Origin: a virus
Taxonomy: Duplodnaviria > Caudoviricetes
IMG/VR virus record: IMGVR_UViG_3300032081_000261
Span: 1 to 39,726 of that record
DNA: 39,726 nucleotides
Reading direction: 5' to 3' (one strand)
Position numbers and translations under genes: made by a program. The notes under the pieces are model-generated. The model was not told the origin of the DNA, made no database searches, and saw only the letters and a list, made by a program, of their open reading frames with translations. Numbering within the stretch: the stretch's first letter is position 1; each line of letters starts with the position of its first letter. Positions 1 through 11,500 of this stretch are shown here, one piece after another.

Positions 1-38
1 TTAATATGTTTGGCTGTGAAACCACAGAGGAAAGATAA
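1..38 (+). CDS. 3' end of an upstream virion-module gene (partial, ...NMFGCETTEER*)
   Basis: Open frame from the window edge to TAA at 36-38, 3 nt before the next ATG. Confidence 0.5.
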   Translation, partial: NMFGCETTEER

Positions 39-41
39 AGA

Positions 42-2015
42 ATGGATATAAAGCAACAAACACAAAATGTAGCTAATCAAGGTCGTTATGGCGACTCTAT
101 GCTTCTCCATGTAAATCCAGCAGAAGTTAAAGGCTTGGCACAAGCAATGCCTATTACAGTAAACCCACAAACAGGACAGCCTGAAGCCTTTTTACCTTTT
201 CTTGCACCAATCTTAGGATCAATGGCTGGTACTGCTTTATTAGGAGCAGGTGGATATGGTTTATCTGCAGGACTTGCAGCAGGTATTGGAGCAGGTCTAG
301 CTACATATGCACAAACAGGTGGTTCTGGTTCTAAAGCATTACTATCTGGTTTAACAGCAGGGTTTGGAACAAATGCATTAAATACAGGTGCACAGTCATC
401 ACAAATAGCAAGTGATATTGCTACACAAACTGCAGCAGATACAGCTAGTGCTCAGATAGCACAAGGTATTGCAGATGGAACAGCAGGACAAGCAACAACA
501 TTAGCAGCTCAACAAGCAGCAGGAGCAGGAGCAAGAGAAGCAGCAACTAAAGCAGTAACAGATGCTGCAATTACTATGCCTAGAGTCGCAACTGGTCCTT
601 TACAAGCAACAAAAGATATATTTGCAGGTGGCTTTGATCAAGGTGCTAAATCATTAGCAACAGGACTTATGTCTCCTAGTGGTATGGTTGCAGGTGCATC
701 ATTAGGTACACAAGGAGTTATAAACTCTCAAGAACTATTTGAAGAACAAATGCGACAAATGGAAATGGATGAAGAAGAACGCAGAAGAAATATGTATGCA
801 AATAATCCTGAAGTACAGTTATATTCAGCAGCAGGTGGATTAACACAATTTCAAGGTGGCGGTGATACTGATTATGGCTATGAATCAAACAAACAAGTAT
901 ATGCACCAGCTAAACAACAATATGCAGTAAACCCTGACTTTATGGCAGGATTTGCACCTGAAACAATGTACTTTAGACCTGATACTCTTAATGCTCCATC
1001 AATGAGTACAAGAGGTGGATCACGACCAACATTAGGAGCAGATACTTACACAGGAACTAAAGGTGGTTATGACTATGAAGGTAGTTATGATGCAGATGGC
1101 AACTTTGTTGCAGGTACAGCACAAGGCGTACAGTTTGCACCACAAACAGCTATAGACCCATATGCAGCATATACAGGCTCTGCACCTCAAGGTTTAGTTC
1201 AATCTGCTTACAATCCTTATCCAGTACAACCAATAAGTATGTCTCCAACAGATGAAACTGAAGATACTTCTGATTATGGCGGAATTGGTGGAGAAGATTT
1301 TTATGGTGGTGATCCTAATTTTGATTTTTCTTTTTACAATGCAACAGATTCTGCTGGTAATCCTTTAACTAGCTCTCCATATGGTGCATATGATCAACAA
1401 GCTGTACAAGATATAAGAGATCAATATAGTAATTATTTCTTTGACTATGATGATATTCAAGACTTTTATAGAGATGAAATGTCAAATGTTGGTAGAAAAG
1501 CTGGTGGCGATACAGATAAAAAAATGCCTAATAAAGGATTAGAAGCTTTAAATAAAGTAGCACCTGATGTGGTAAATAAAATGGGTTATCAAGAAGGTGG
1601 ACAAACAGACCCATTAATACAAGAAGTTACTATGTTTATTTTAGGTGAATCTGATGATCAGCAAGTCGTTAATCAATTTGTTGATAAGTATGGTGTAGAG
1701 GCTTTTACAAAACTTAGAGAAGAAATTTTACAATCACTTGTGCCTAATGCTCAAACATCAGGACTTATAAAAGGCGTTGGTAATGGTGGCATGGATGATG
1801 ACATTATGGGAACTATAGGCAATAAAGAAAAAATTGCTGTATCTCAAGATGAATTTATTGTACCTGCAGATGTAGTTTCTATGTTAGGTGATGGCAGTTC
1901 AGATGCTGGTTCTAAAGAGCTTTATGACATGATGGATAGAGTAAGACAAAAGAAAACTGGTACAACTAAACAAGCACCTAAACTAGCTAATGCTGGAGGA
2001 CTATTACCAGCATGA
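42..2015 (+). CDS. Putative internal virion/ejection protein
   Basis: 657-aa Gly/Ala/Gln-rich ORF with a hydrophobic Gly-rich N-terminal stretch. Motifs GRYGDSMLLHVNPAEV and DEFIVPADVVS..G.GSSDAG resemble marine podovirus virion proteins as I recall them. Confidence 0.6.
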   Translation: MDIKQQTQNVANQGRYGDSMLLHVNPAEVKGLAQAMPITVNPQTGQPEAFLPFLAPILGSMAGTALLGAGGYGLSAGLAAGIGAGLATYAQTGGSGSKALLSGLTAGFGTNALNTGAQSSQIASDIATQTAADTASAQIAQGIADGTAGQATTLAAQQAAGAGAREAATKAVTDAAITMPRVATGPLQATKDIFAGGFDQGAKSLATGLMSPSGMVAGASLGTQGVINSQELFEEQMRQMEMDEEERRRNMYANNPEVQLYSAAGGLTQFQGGGDTDYGYESNKQVYAPAKQQYAVNPDFMAGFAPETMYFRPDTLNAPSMSTRGGSRPTLGADTYTGTKGGYDYEGSYDADGNFVAGTAQGVQFAPQTAIDPYAAYTGSAPQGLVQSAYNPYPVQPISMSPTDETEDTSDYGGIGGEDFYGGDPNFDFSFYNATDSAGNPLTSSPYGAYDQQAVQDIRDQYSNYFFDYDDIQDFYRDEMSNVGRKAGGDTDKKMPNKGLEALNKVAPDVVNKMGYQEGGQTDPLIQEVTMFILGESDDQQVVNQFVDKYGVEAFTKLREEILQSLVPNAQTSGLIKGVGNGGMDDDIMGTIGNKEKIAVSQDEFIVPADVVSMLGDGSSDAGSKELYDMMDRVRQKKTGTTKQAPKLANAGGLLPA

Positions 2016-2488
2016 ATTTAGTAGCAGAAAACATAGAAATGCAACAAGAAAATTATGAAATTTCTTTAGTTCCTGCTGATAAAATTTCTTTAATTTGGAA
2101 AAAAATAGAAAAGTATCTTAAAAAATCTGCTGGTCGTTCAGGTGGAAGAACAACAATAGAAGATATTTATTACGAGCTTATAAATAATAAAACACATCTT
2201 TGGATTATTTATGAATCAAACACATCTGATATTAGTGGAGTGCAAATAACTTTATTTAATATTTATCCTACTGGTAAAAAAATGTTAAATCTAGAACATA
2301 CTGCTGGAACTAATATGCAAGATTGGGTTGAAAAAGGTATTGATGTAATTACTCAATTTGCTAAAGATACAGACTGTGAAGGCTTAGAAGGTATAGGCAG
2401 ACATGGACAATGGAATTGGGTAAAAAATAAAAAAGGTTGGAAAAAACCTGCAACATTTTATGAATATATATTTGAGGAAAATAAATGA
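2012..2488 (+). CDS. Conserved phage protein, possibly GNAT-like fold
   Basis: 158 aa, ATGA overlaps on both sides; sits between internal virion genes; GR.GW-like C-terminal motif. Confidence 0.45.
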   Translation: MNLVAENIEMQQENYEISLVPADKISLIWKKIEKYLKKSAGRSGGRTTIEDIYYELINNKTHLWIIYESNTSDISGVQITLFNIYPTGKKMLNLEHTAGTNMQDWVEKGIDVITQFAKDTDCEGLEGIGRHGQWNWVKNKKGWKKPATFYEYIFEENK

Positions 2489-3912
2489 GAAAGTTTAAAG
2501 GTGGCGGTAGTAGCGGACCAACAGAAACAACTGTAACTCAAACTGATCTACCAGAATATGTACAGCCGTATTTTGAAAGATTATTACAAAGAGCTGAAGC
2601 TGACAGCATACAAGGTTATCAACCTTATGGTGGTCAACGATTAGCATACTTTTCTCCTGATGAATTAACATCACAGGCAATGACTCGTGGCTATGCTACA
2701 TCAGGTACACCACAAGCATACACAGATGCTCAAGCTAGATTTGGATCAGTTGCTCCAATAACTTCAGGCTATACAGCAGGTCAAACTCAATCTACTTATG
2801 ATCCAAGAGAAGTAGGTCAAACTTATCAAGCAGGTACTTACAATCCTAATTATCAAGCTGGTGGGTTTGATGCAGGATATGATGCTAGAACAAGAGCATC
2901 TCAATATATGGCTGGTCAAGCATTGCCAACATACGATCCATTAGCTTATGAACAAAATCTTTCTAGGTTTATGTCACCATATCAACAGAATGTTATTGAT
3001 ATAGAAAAAAGAGAAGCTGCTCGTCAATCAGACATTATGAGCAAAGGCATAGGTGATCAAGCTACAGCACAAGGTGGACTAGGTGGATATCGTGAAGCTA
3101 TACAACAATCAGAAAGAGAAAGAAATCTTGCACAACAGCTAGGTGACATTCAAACAATGGGCAGTCAAAGAGCTTTTGAATCAGCACAAGCACAACTTGA
3201 AAGAGAAAGAGCTGCACAACTTAGTGGTGCACAATTTGGTTTATCTAGATTTGGTGCACAAGAAGGTGCATTGCAAACACAAGAACAATTATCACAAGCA
3301 TCATTTAATGCAGGTGAACAAGCTAGACAACAGGCTGCTCAACTTGGGTTATCTGCACAGCAACAAGAAGAAGCTGCAAGACAGGCTCAAGAAAAATTTG
3401 CTCAAAGCGGATTTCAAATGCAACAACAAGCCTTACAACAAGAAGGTATACAAAGTTTACAAGCCTATCAAGCTGGTGAAGCTGCAAGACAACAAGCAGC
3501 TAAACTTAATTTAACAGCAGATCAACAGAATGAAGCTGCTCGTCAAGCACAAGAAAGGTTTGGACAAAGTGCATATGATATGTCCAATCGTTATAACATG
3601 ATGGCAGCTCAAGGCTTACAGAGTATAGGTAGTGCACAACAACAAGATGTGCTTTCTAGAATCGGTGCTTTAAGTGGCATTGGTGCTCAAGACAGAGCCT
3701 TGCGACAAGCTAGTATGGATATGGGATATGAAGATTTCATGCGTCAACGAGACTTTTCTAAACGACAGCTTAGTGACTTTAGTGGTATGTTAAGAGGTGT
3801 ACCAGTACAGCCAGAGCAAAGAATAAGTACATACAGTCAACAACCTGGATTATTCCAAACAGCAGTAGGTGCTGGTCTAACAGGTCTTGGTCTTTATAGA
3901 GGGATGGGTTAA
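2485..3912 (+). CDS. Putative DNA pilot/ejection protein
   Basis: 475 aa; N-terminal KGGGSS..T.TQ..LPEY.QPY, Q/A-rich coiled coil, Gly-rich hydrophobic C-terminus; SD GAGG. Confidence 0.6.
   Translation: MRKFKGGGSSGPTETTVTQTDLPEYVQPYFERLLQRAEADSIQGYQPYGGQRLAYFSPDELTSQAMTRGYATSGTPQAYTDAQARFGSVAPITSGYTAGQTQSTYDPREVGQTYQAGTYNPNYQAGGFDAGYDARTRASQYMAGQALPTYDPLAYEQNLSRFMSPYQQNVIDIEKREAARQSDIMSKGIGDQATAQGGLGGYREAIQQSERERNLAQQLGDIQTMGSQRAFESAQAQLERERAAQLSGAQFGLSRFGAQEGALQTQEQLSQASFNAGEQARQQAAQLGLSAQQQEEAARQAQEKFAQSGFQMQQQALQQEGIQSLQAYQAGEAARQQAAKLNLTADQQNEAARQAQERFGQSAYDMSNRYNMMAAQGLQSIGSAQQQDVLSRIGALSGIGAQDRALRQASMDMGYEDFMRQRDFSKRQLSDFSGMLRGVPVQPEQRISTYSQQPGLFQTAVGAGLTGLGLYRGMG
3310..3570 (+). repeat. 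Internal peptide duplication, 54-aa period
   Basis: AGEQARQQAAQLGLSAQQQEEAARQAQEKFAQS (from 3310) vs AGEAARQQAAKLNLTADQQNEAARQAQERFGQS (from 3472). Confidence 0.8.
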
Positions 3913-3914
3913 TT

Positions 3915-5510
3915 ATGAATTTAGTACAACAAGCAAACTTTTTAGAAAATGTGCCTAAAGATCAATTGGTTAGTATGTCACAAGACCCTAATGCACAATT
4001 TCCTGCATTTTTAGTATTAAGCGAAATACAAAGAAGAACAACTAACGAAAAAAATTATCAAGCTATGGTTAATAAACCTACTACTACAGTAGCTGAAGAA
4101 GTAGTAAGTGACTTTGCACAACCTACAGGTTTGCAGGGTGGTGCACCACAGGCAACTCCCTTGCCTACAAATATCTCTGCAGGATTATCTGGTGCACCAA
4201 CTGCTCCTATGCAAATGGCAGCTAGTGGTGGTATTACTGGTTATGCTAATAAAGGTAAAACAGAATATAAAGCAGGACAAGACCCATTTTTAGCTGCTAA
4301 TTCTAAAATTACTTCTAAACAATATAGTGAAATTTTAAATAAAATTGCACAAAATAGAATAGAAGAAAGAGGTCAAATAGCAGGTCGAATGTCTAATATA
4401 GGAGATAGAGCTTTTAGTATTATGGGAGGTAGTGGAAATAATATTAGATTAAATCCAAATGAAGAAAAAATGTTTGTTGAATTAGCTAATCAAATAATAA
4501 ATAAAAAAGCTAGTGGTGGTTTAACAGGTTATGCAACAGGAGATATGACTGCTTTACCTGCAGGTAGTGCACCTATGATGGGAGCAGGTATGGGTATGGA
4601 TGCATTAGGAGATAATATTGATTTAGAAAGATTAGCAGAAATTAGAAATCAAGTTGGAGATCAAGCATTTAAGTTTATGTTTGGTGAAAAATTTGGTGAT
4701 GAATTTATGGATTATGTTGCTATTACTCCTGGACTAGGAGTAGCAGGAAAGGTTTTACAAAAAGGTTTACCTATGATTGGTAAAGGATATAGAGGTTTAA
4801 AAAATTATTTTAGAAAAGCCAAAACAAAAGATACCCCATTACCAGATGTAAAAATAAAAGGTGGTGGAACTCAACCTGGTGGAGTTTTAAGAGAAACTAT
4901 TGAAGAAGCAGGTCCAGGTCGACCATTTATACAACCAATAATTGATAATCCTCTAACAAGTGCTGTAATAGCAACGCCTGTTTTAGGTGCAATTAATCAA
5001 GCAATGGGTGATTCTGAAACAAGTGATGTAGTTTCTGATGAAAGTAAAAAAGAATTAACAACAGAACAATTAAGAATACAAGAGTTAGAAAAACAAATAA
5101 CAGAATTAAACGAATTAAAAGGTTTAGCTGGTGCAAAAGAAAACAAAGGAGACTATCGTGATTTAGTAAGACTAGGTGCAGGTATTATGAGTGCTAAAAA
5201 TATAGGTGATATTGGTACAGCAGTTACTGGTGTACTAGATGCACAAGATAAGCGTGGATTAGTTGGACTACAAGGTAAATTAACTGAAGCACAAACTGAA
5301 CAAATACTTGCTAATATTGAAGCTATGCCTAAAGAAGCACTTCTTTCACAAATGACAAATCTTATAAAAGCATCTGAAGCTGGATTAATTACTGATATGG
5401 AAGCAGCTATGGTTCAATATAATGCTTTAGCAAAAAGATATGCTGAATTAGAAGGTCAAGAAACTAAACCAGCAAGTGAAGATGCTAATGTAATAGCTTC
5501 ATACGGATAA
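3915..5510 (+). CDS. Putative internal virion protein
   Basis: 531 aa, repeated ASGG(I/L)TGYA motif, in the virion gene cluster. Confidence 0.55.
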   Translation: MNLVQQANFLENVPKDQLVSMSQDPNAQFPAFLVLSEIQRRTTNEKNYQAMVNKPTTTVAEEVVSDFAQPTGLQGGAPQATPLPTNISAGLSGAPTAPMQMAASGGITGYANKGKTEYKAGQDPFLAANSKITSKQYSEILNKIAQNRIEERGQIAGRMSNIGDRAFSIMGGSGNNIRLNPNEEKMFVELANQIINKKASGGLTGYATGDMTALPAGSAPMMGAGMGMDALGDNIDLERLAEIRNQVGDQAFKFMFGEKFGDEFMDYVAITPGLGVAGKVLQKGLPMIGKGYRGLKNYFRKAKTKDTPLPDVKIKGGGTQPGGVLRETIEEAGPGRPFIQPIIDNPLTSAVIATPVLGAINQAMGDSETSDVVSDESKKELTTEQLRIQELEKQITELNELKGLAGAKENKGDYRDLVRLGAGIMSAKNIGDIGTAVTGVLDAQDKRGLVGLQGKLTEAQTEQILANIEAMPKEALLSQMTNLIKASEAGLITDMEAAMVQYNALAKRYAELEGQETKPASEDANVIASYG

Positions 5511-5511
5511 A

Positions 5512-8500
5512 ATGAAAGAAGTAACTTTGCCTGATGGGAAGGTAATTAAAATTCCAGATAATTTAGACCCTGTAAAAAGGTCTGAATTAGCTGCTGCTGT
5601 AAGTAGACAGTATGATGGATTTAATATAGATGAACCAACACTTAGTGGTAGAGCTGTTGAGTTTGGTAAAGCTATACCTAGACAAGGTTTGGCTACATTA
5701 GCTTCTGCCATTAAAGGTCCAGTTGCTTTGTTTGATGTCGGTGATGACAGCGATTTATATAAAGGCATTACTGACTTTGAAAAATATTTACAAGAAGATT
5801 CAGCACTAGCACCTGAAGCTGGTTATGAAGATTTATACAGCACAAAACTAGGTGGTGCATTTGGTTCTTTTATTCCTTTTTTAGGAGCTGGTGTAGTAGG
5901 TGGAGCATTAGCTAAAGCAGGTACAATAGGTGCAAGAGCAGGACAGTATGGTATTCCATTAGGTTTAGCAGTTCCAGCAGGTATGGGTCAACAAGCTGAT
6001 CTTATTGAAGCCTCTAGAGGATTAGGAGAAGAAGTAGGTGGTTTTAAAGAAACTGTAGCCACATTACTTGGTGGTGCTATAGGTGCTACAGAAATAATGC
6101 CTGTTGCTAATATCTTAAAGAAAGTTCCAAGGAAAGCATTAGAAGATTTACCAACTAAACAACTCATACTTGAGTACATGAAGTCTGCTGCACAGTCAGG
6201 AACATTTGAAGGTGCTCAAGAAGTAGCAGCAAGTTTATTACAAAATATGGTTGCTCGTGGTTTATACAGCGATGAACTACCATTAATAGATAGTGTATTT
6301 GAAGAGTTTACTCTTGGTGGTATTGTCGGTGGTACTGCTGATCTTGTCTTTAACAGTATGCAAAAGCGTAGAGGTATTGCTACTCATGAAGAAGGTGAAA
6401 GAGCAGAACGAGCCAAAGTAGATTCTAATAAATTAATTGAAGCTAAAAAAGCAGAACTAGCAGAACAACAAGGTGTATTACCAGTAATACAAGATCAACC
6501 ATTTAAAGTTGCTCCAAACATACCTGCACCAGTAGAACCTGCAATTGCACCTGACTTACAAATTATAGAAAATACCGATTCAACATTTTCTTTGTTGGAT
6601 CAAAACAATCTTGAAAACCCTGTTATTAAAACAGTGCCAACTCAAGCAGAAGCCTTAGCTGAAAACAAAAAAGTTAAAGATGCTTTTGCACAAACACAAA
6701 TCATACAACAACTAAACAACGATCTATATTCTCAAGGACTTATTAACAGTTCTACTGCATATAGGATTGGTGAAAGTTTATTAAATCCAAACTCTATATC
6801 TGTTGGCATTAATACAATTATTAAGTATGACCCTAAAGCTAAAAACAAAACTCTTAAAGAGTATAGAGAAGAGCTAGAGACTGCAGGTACTTACAACAAA
6901 CTTCCATTTCAAAATCAATACACCATTGCAGATGCACAAAAACTATTAAACAAATCACAGTTTAATCAGTTTGCATCTGATGCTGCAGCCAAAATATTTG
7001 AAACTTCAGAAAAAAACGGCATACCATCTATTCGTGATGGCAAACAAACCATTGATACATCTAGAAAATATATTAAAGAGTTTGCTGCTGGTAAAAACAT
7101 AGAACTAGACTTCAATACTCCTGCTGTAAACTATGCAGCAAAACTATATACTGGTGAATCAAATTATTCCAAGATGAGCAAAGGACAAAAAGAATTGTTC
7201 TTGGCTAAACTTCACTCTCTTCCTTCCTTTAATGTTAAAACCCCATTTCCTAACTTTGCACCTAGAGCTTACTCTGCAAAAGATACTGCAGACTTTGTAG
7301 CAACCATAGGCTCAACTGAATTTACTGGTAAAGATGTACAAAACTTTTTAGGAAATAGAGAAATATCTACACTTGCTGCTTCAGATTTTTTGCGAGACTT
7401 AGATCAAAGTGGTAGAGCACAGTTTGTTAAAGGTAAAGAGAAAGGATTTTTAACCTCTGTAAGACAAATTAGACCTAACTTTGAGTTTGATATTGCCAGA
7501 AGAGCAGAAGGCTTTAACGAGTCTCCTGAAGAGTTTCGTGCTAGGTTAGAAAGCCAAGGTGAACTTAAACCAGAAGTTATTGAACAAATGGTTCAAAACG
7601 AAACAGCCAGACAAGAACCTTACACTCCTCCTGAACAACTAGAAGAACAAACCATAAACTTTGCAGAAGCTATAGAAGAAGGGCGAACCAATAAGTTTGC
7701 TAAAGAATTGCGTAAGTCTCTAGATGCTAGAGGTTTAAAAGATACAGGTATAGTTGTAAGTAATGACATTTTATCTACTTCAGTATTAAAAGAACAAGAT
7801 GGGCAAATAGCTTTTGATCCTAGAATAACAAGAGAAACAGCCGAAGAAGGTGCTGTAGAAGGAGAATACGACAAAAATACAGATATTATTTTCTTATCAT
7901 TAAATGCAGTTAATCCTGATGGCAATGCTACTGATGCAGAAATACAAACACGATTAAACAAAATTCTAGATCATGAAATGATTCATGCTTTACGAGCTAA
8001 AGATTTAATTACAGAAAGTGAATACAGATATTTAAAGAATTTAGTTAAAAATAAAAGAGTACCTCAAGCAGTTGATGCTCAAGCCTTTGAAAAAAAAGAA
8101 ACTTTTTATGATAGAAGTAAAAGAATAAATAAAGGCATTGAAAAATATGGTGCAAGTACAAATAAAAAAGAAGAAATCTATATAGAAGAAGCTATAGCAG
8201 AACTATTTAGAGCTAGAGAAGTAGTGGCTAAAGATGTACCACCTAAAGCTAAAGGTATCTATAACAAGATTGTTCAGTTCTTCCAAAGCATTGGCAATGC
8301 TATGAAGATATCAGGCTACAACAAAGCTGCAGATATATTCCAAGACATAGAAGCAGGTAGAGTTGGAGCTAGAGCTAGAGGTGAGATAAGAACCTTACGA
8401 GACTTAGATCAAGCTGGTAGAGCACAAGCTCAAGTTGTGACCGATTATGAAGATGATGCAGAGACTCCTACTGGTCCAGTAGTAGAAACAAAAGTTAAAC

Positions 8501-11500
8501 CTACAAGTCCTAGACCTTTAGCGTTTGATCCTAGAAGTACACCAACTACTACGCCACCTACTACACCTACTACGCCTGTAACACCAACAACACCAGTTGC
8601 ACCAACAACACTTGTTCCTCAAGGAAAAAATCCTCCTATAAAATTTAAAAATCCTTATGCTTATAATCACTTAGTAAGGTATTATTCTGAGTTTAATGGT
8701 GGTGATGCTACTGATTATCAAGTATTTAGAGATTTTCTTCCGCAAACTAAAAACCTAAAAAACTTTGCAAAAAAATTTGAAGAAGATGGTGATGTAAATT
8801 TTTTACAAGAATTATTAAAAGTTGCAGGTTTTGATACAAATACAGTTAAAGGAAGAAAAGCAAAAGAAATTTTTGATGCAGATGTAAAAAGATATGAAGA
8901 TGGTACTTTTACTTTTTACCCTAATATAAGTTCTAAACCTTATAATATTACTTCTGATCCTGAGTTTGATACATTAACTACTACACCAACTACCCCACCA
9001 GTTGCAACACCACCTGTTACACCTTCTAAACCTACTACTATTTTTGATAATAGAAGTATAAGTAATGAAGAATATATACAACAAAGAACTAATATATTAT
9101 TAGGTTTACAAAAAGCTGGAGTAATAGATCAAGATATTTTTGATGCAGATGGTAATGTAATAAACACAAAAAAAGGAAATAACGATTCTATTAAAATGCT
9201 TAAATGGCTAATAGATAATTCTCCTAGTGAAGATTATAAAATTATTGCTCAAAAAACTCATAAATCTTTACTTGATTTGCAAAAAATTGGTTATAAATTT
9301 CCTTTTGAAATAGAAAATAAAATAAATAGTTTTAGAGGACAAATAACTCCTTTACAAGCAGACGGAAAAACTATAGCAACAAATCGAAAAAGAACTGCTG
9401 TTTTATCTATGCAAATTTCTGATCCTAACGATTTTTATAATGTTGATAAAGATCAATGGAGAAGTAATAATGGAGTAAATTTTGAAACTCTTTTACATGA
9501 AAATATTCATCAAGCAACAGTAGCTCAAATGTTTGCTGTTAAAGATGGTAATGCAACAGGTGATGCTCAATCATTTGCTAGAGTAGAAAATGCATATAAA
9601 GAATTACAGTCTCAACAAAAAAGACTTAAAAAACATTATGACGATAAAATTAAATACTATAGAAATGCATCTAAACAATTAGATAATTCTAAGGTTCAAA
9701 AAGAAATAGCAGAAAAATTATTTGATTTAGCAGCAAATAATCCTATAGAAGCAGAAATAGCACAAATATTTATTAAAGAAAATCCAGATGTGCCTTATAC
9801 ATACATACAACAAAATACTTATCTTTCTCAAATTAATTTAGAGGCATTTAGAGAATTTGAAATAGGTTATCAATTATTTGGAAAAGGAAAACAAAAAGAA
9901 CAAGATGTTTCTGAAATGATTACTTTTGGTTTAACAAATAGAAATTTTCAAAAAATGCTTGAAAGTATTCCATATAAAAATAATAAAACTTTATGGCAAG
10001 GTTTTGTAGAAAGTATAAGAAAAATATTAGGAATACCAGCTAAATTAGATACTGAATTATCTGCATTTTTATCTAATGCAGCAGAGGTTTTAGATTTAGG
10101 ACAAACAGGATTAGAATCATTAGTGCCAAGAGCACCGCCTATAGAACCAGAAAAAAAACCTAAAAAACCTAAAGAGCCAGATACAGTTCCTTTTGCTACT
10201 AGACCTACAGAAGTAGTTGTAACTAAACCATTTACATATACAAAAGCTAAACCAGAAGAAGCTGGTATGGATATTGTTTATCACAATGGAGAACTTAATA
10301 ATTATAAATTACAAATTTTTAAATTTGATGATGGGTCATGGTATTTAGAATCACCAGCAGAACAAATAATTAATGGTGTAACACTTAAATCTGATATTTC
10401 ATCAATAAACTTAAATGCTTTTAACAAAAAAGATGCTGTTACAAATGTTAAAAATTTATGGCTACAACTTCTTAGAAATGGTTCTTATACCTATGGAGTT
10501 CGTGGTGAAAACAAACTTATATTAGATGAAGGCGTTACTCTTAATGAAGCTAGACAAGATGTGCCTACATTCTCAAGGATTAGTAAACGAGGTGAGTTAG
10601 ATAATAGAATTGCTGACCTTGATAGACGAATAGAAATTAAAGAAAATACTTTACGACAAGATGGTCAATACCTTGGCACAGCTTCTTACAACAGAATGTC
10701 TAATGAGATAGATGTTCTTAAAGGACAAAGAGCAAGACTGGTAGAAGAAAGAAACAATCTACCTCCAGAACAAGTACCTTTATTTAGTAGAGCAGCTACT
10801 AAAGATTCACCTGCATATTTAGATTTAACAAAAGAAAATTTAGAATATACAAATGAGTGGGCAAAAAATGAAACTGAAAATACCTCTCGTTTAGTTTTAC
10901 CTTTTATTACAAGGATGCCTATAGATGATTTTTTAATGTTGACTTCTGATAAAACAATTTTTGAATTAATTAAATCTGAAAAACCAAAAAATGTTGATGT
11001 TATGGGAGATACAGTAGCTTTAAATCCTAATTTTGATCCAGATATTTTTAATAAATTACCAAGAAGAATGAATAGATATGTTGGTGCATATCCTTATTTA
11101 TCTATTAACGAAGATGGAAAAGTTATAGGACATGAAGGTAGACATAGATTAGTTTTAGGTCAAAAAGATGGTGCTATTGATGCACCAGTAATTATTATGT
11201 TTGAGCCAACAGGCAAAGCATTACCACAAAAAGAAAAAATATATTCTGCTAATAATTTAGAAGATTTAGGAATAAAATTTTTATTACCACAATTTAAAAA
11301 ATCATTAACAGATAAAGTTGAATTACTTGTAGATACAAATATTATTAATGATCAAAATATAAATCAAGCATTAGCAATAGCTACTCTTCCAGATGGCATA
11401 CAAGAAAGACAAAGATTAAATAATGAAGATAAACAATCTGCTTTATTTTCAATTCAACAAATACAAAGTGTTCCAGCAAATCTAAAAAATGATTTTAGAT

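Noticed and set aside
8536-9040. ACACC/ACTAC-type DNA repeats
   Set aside because: Explained by Pro/Thr linker codons; not an array
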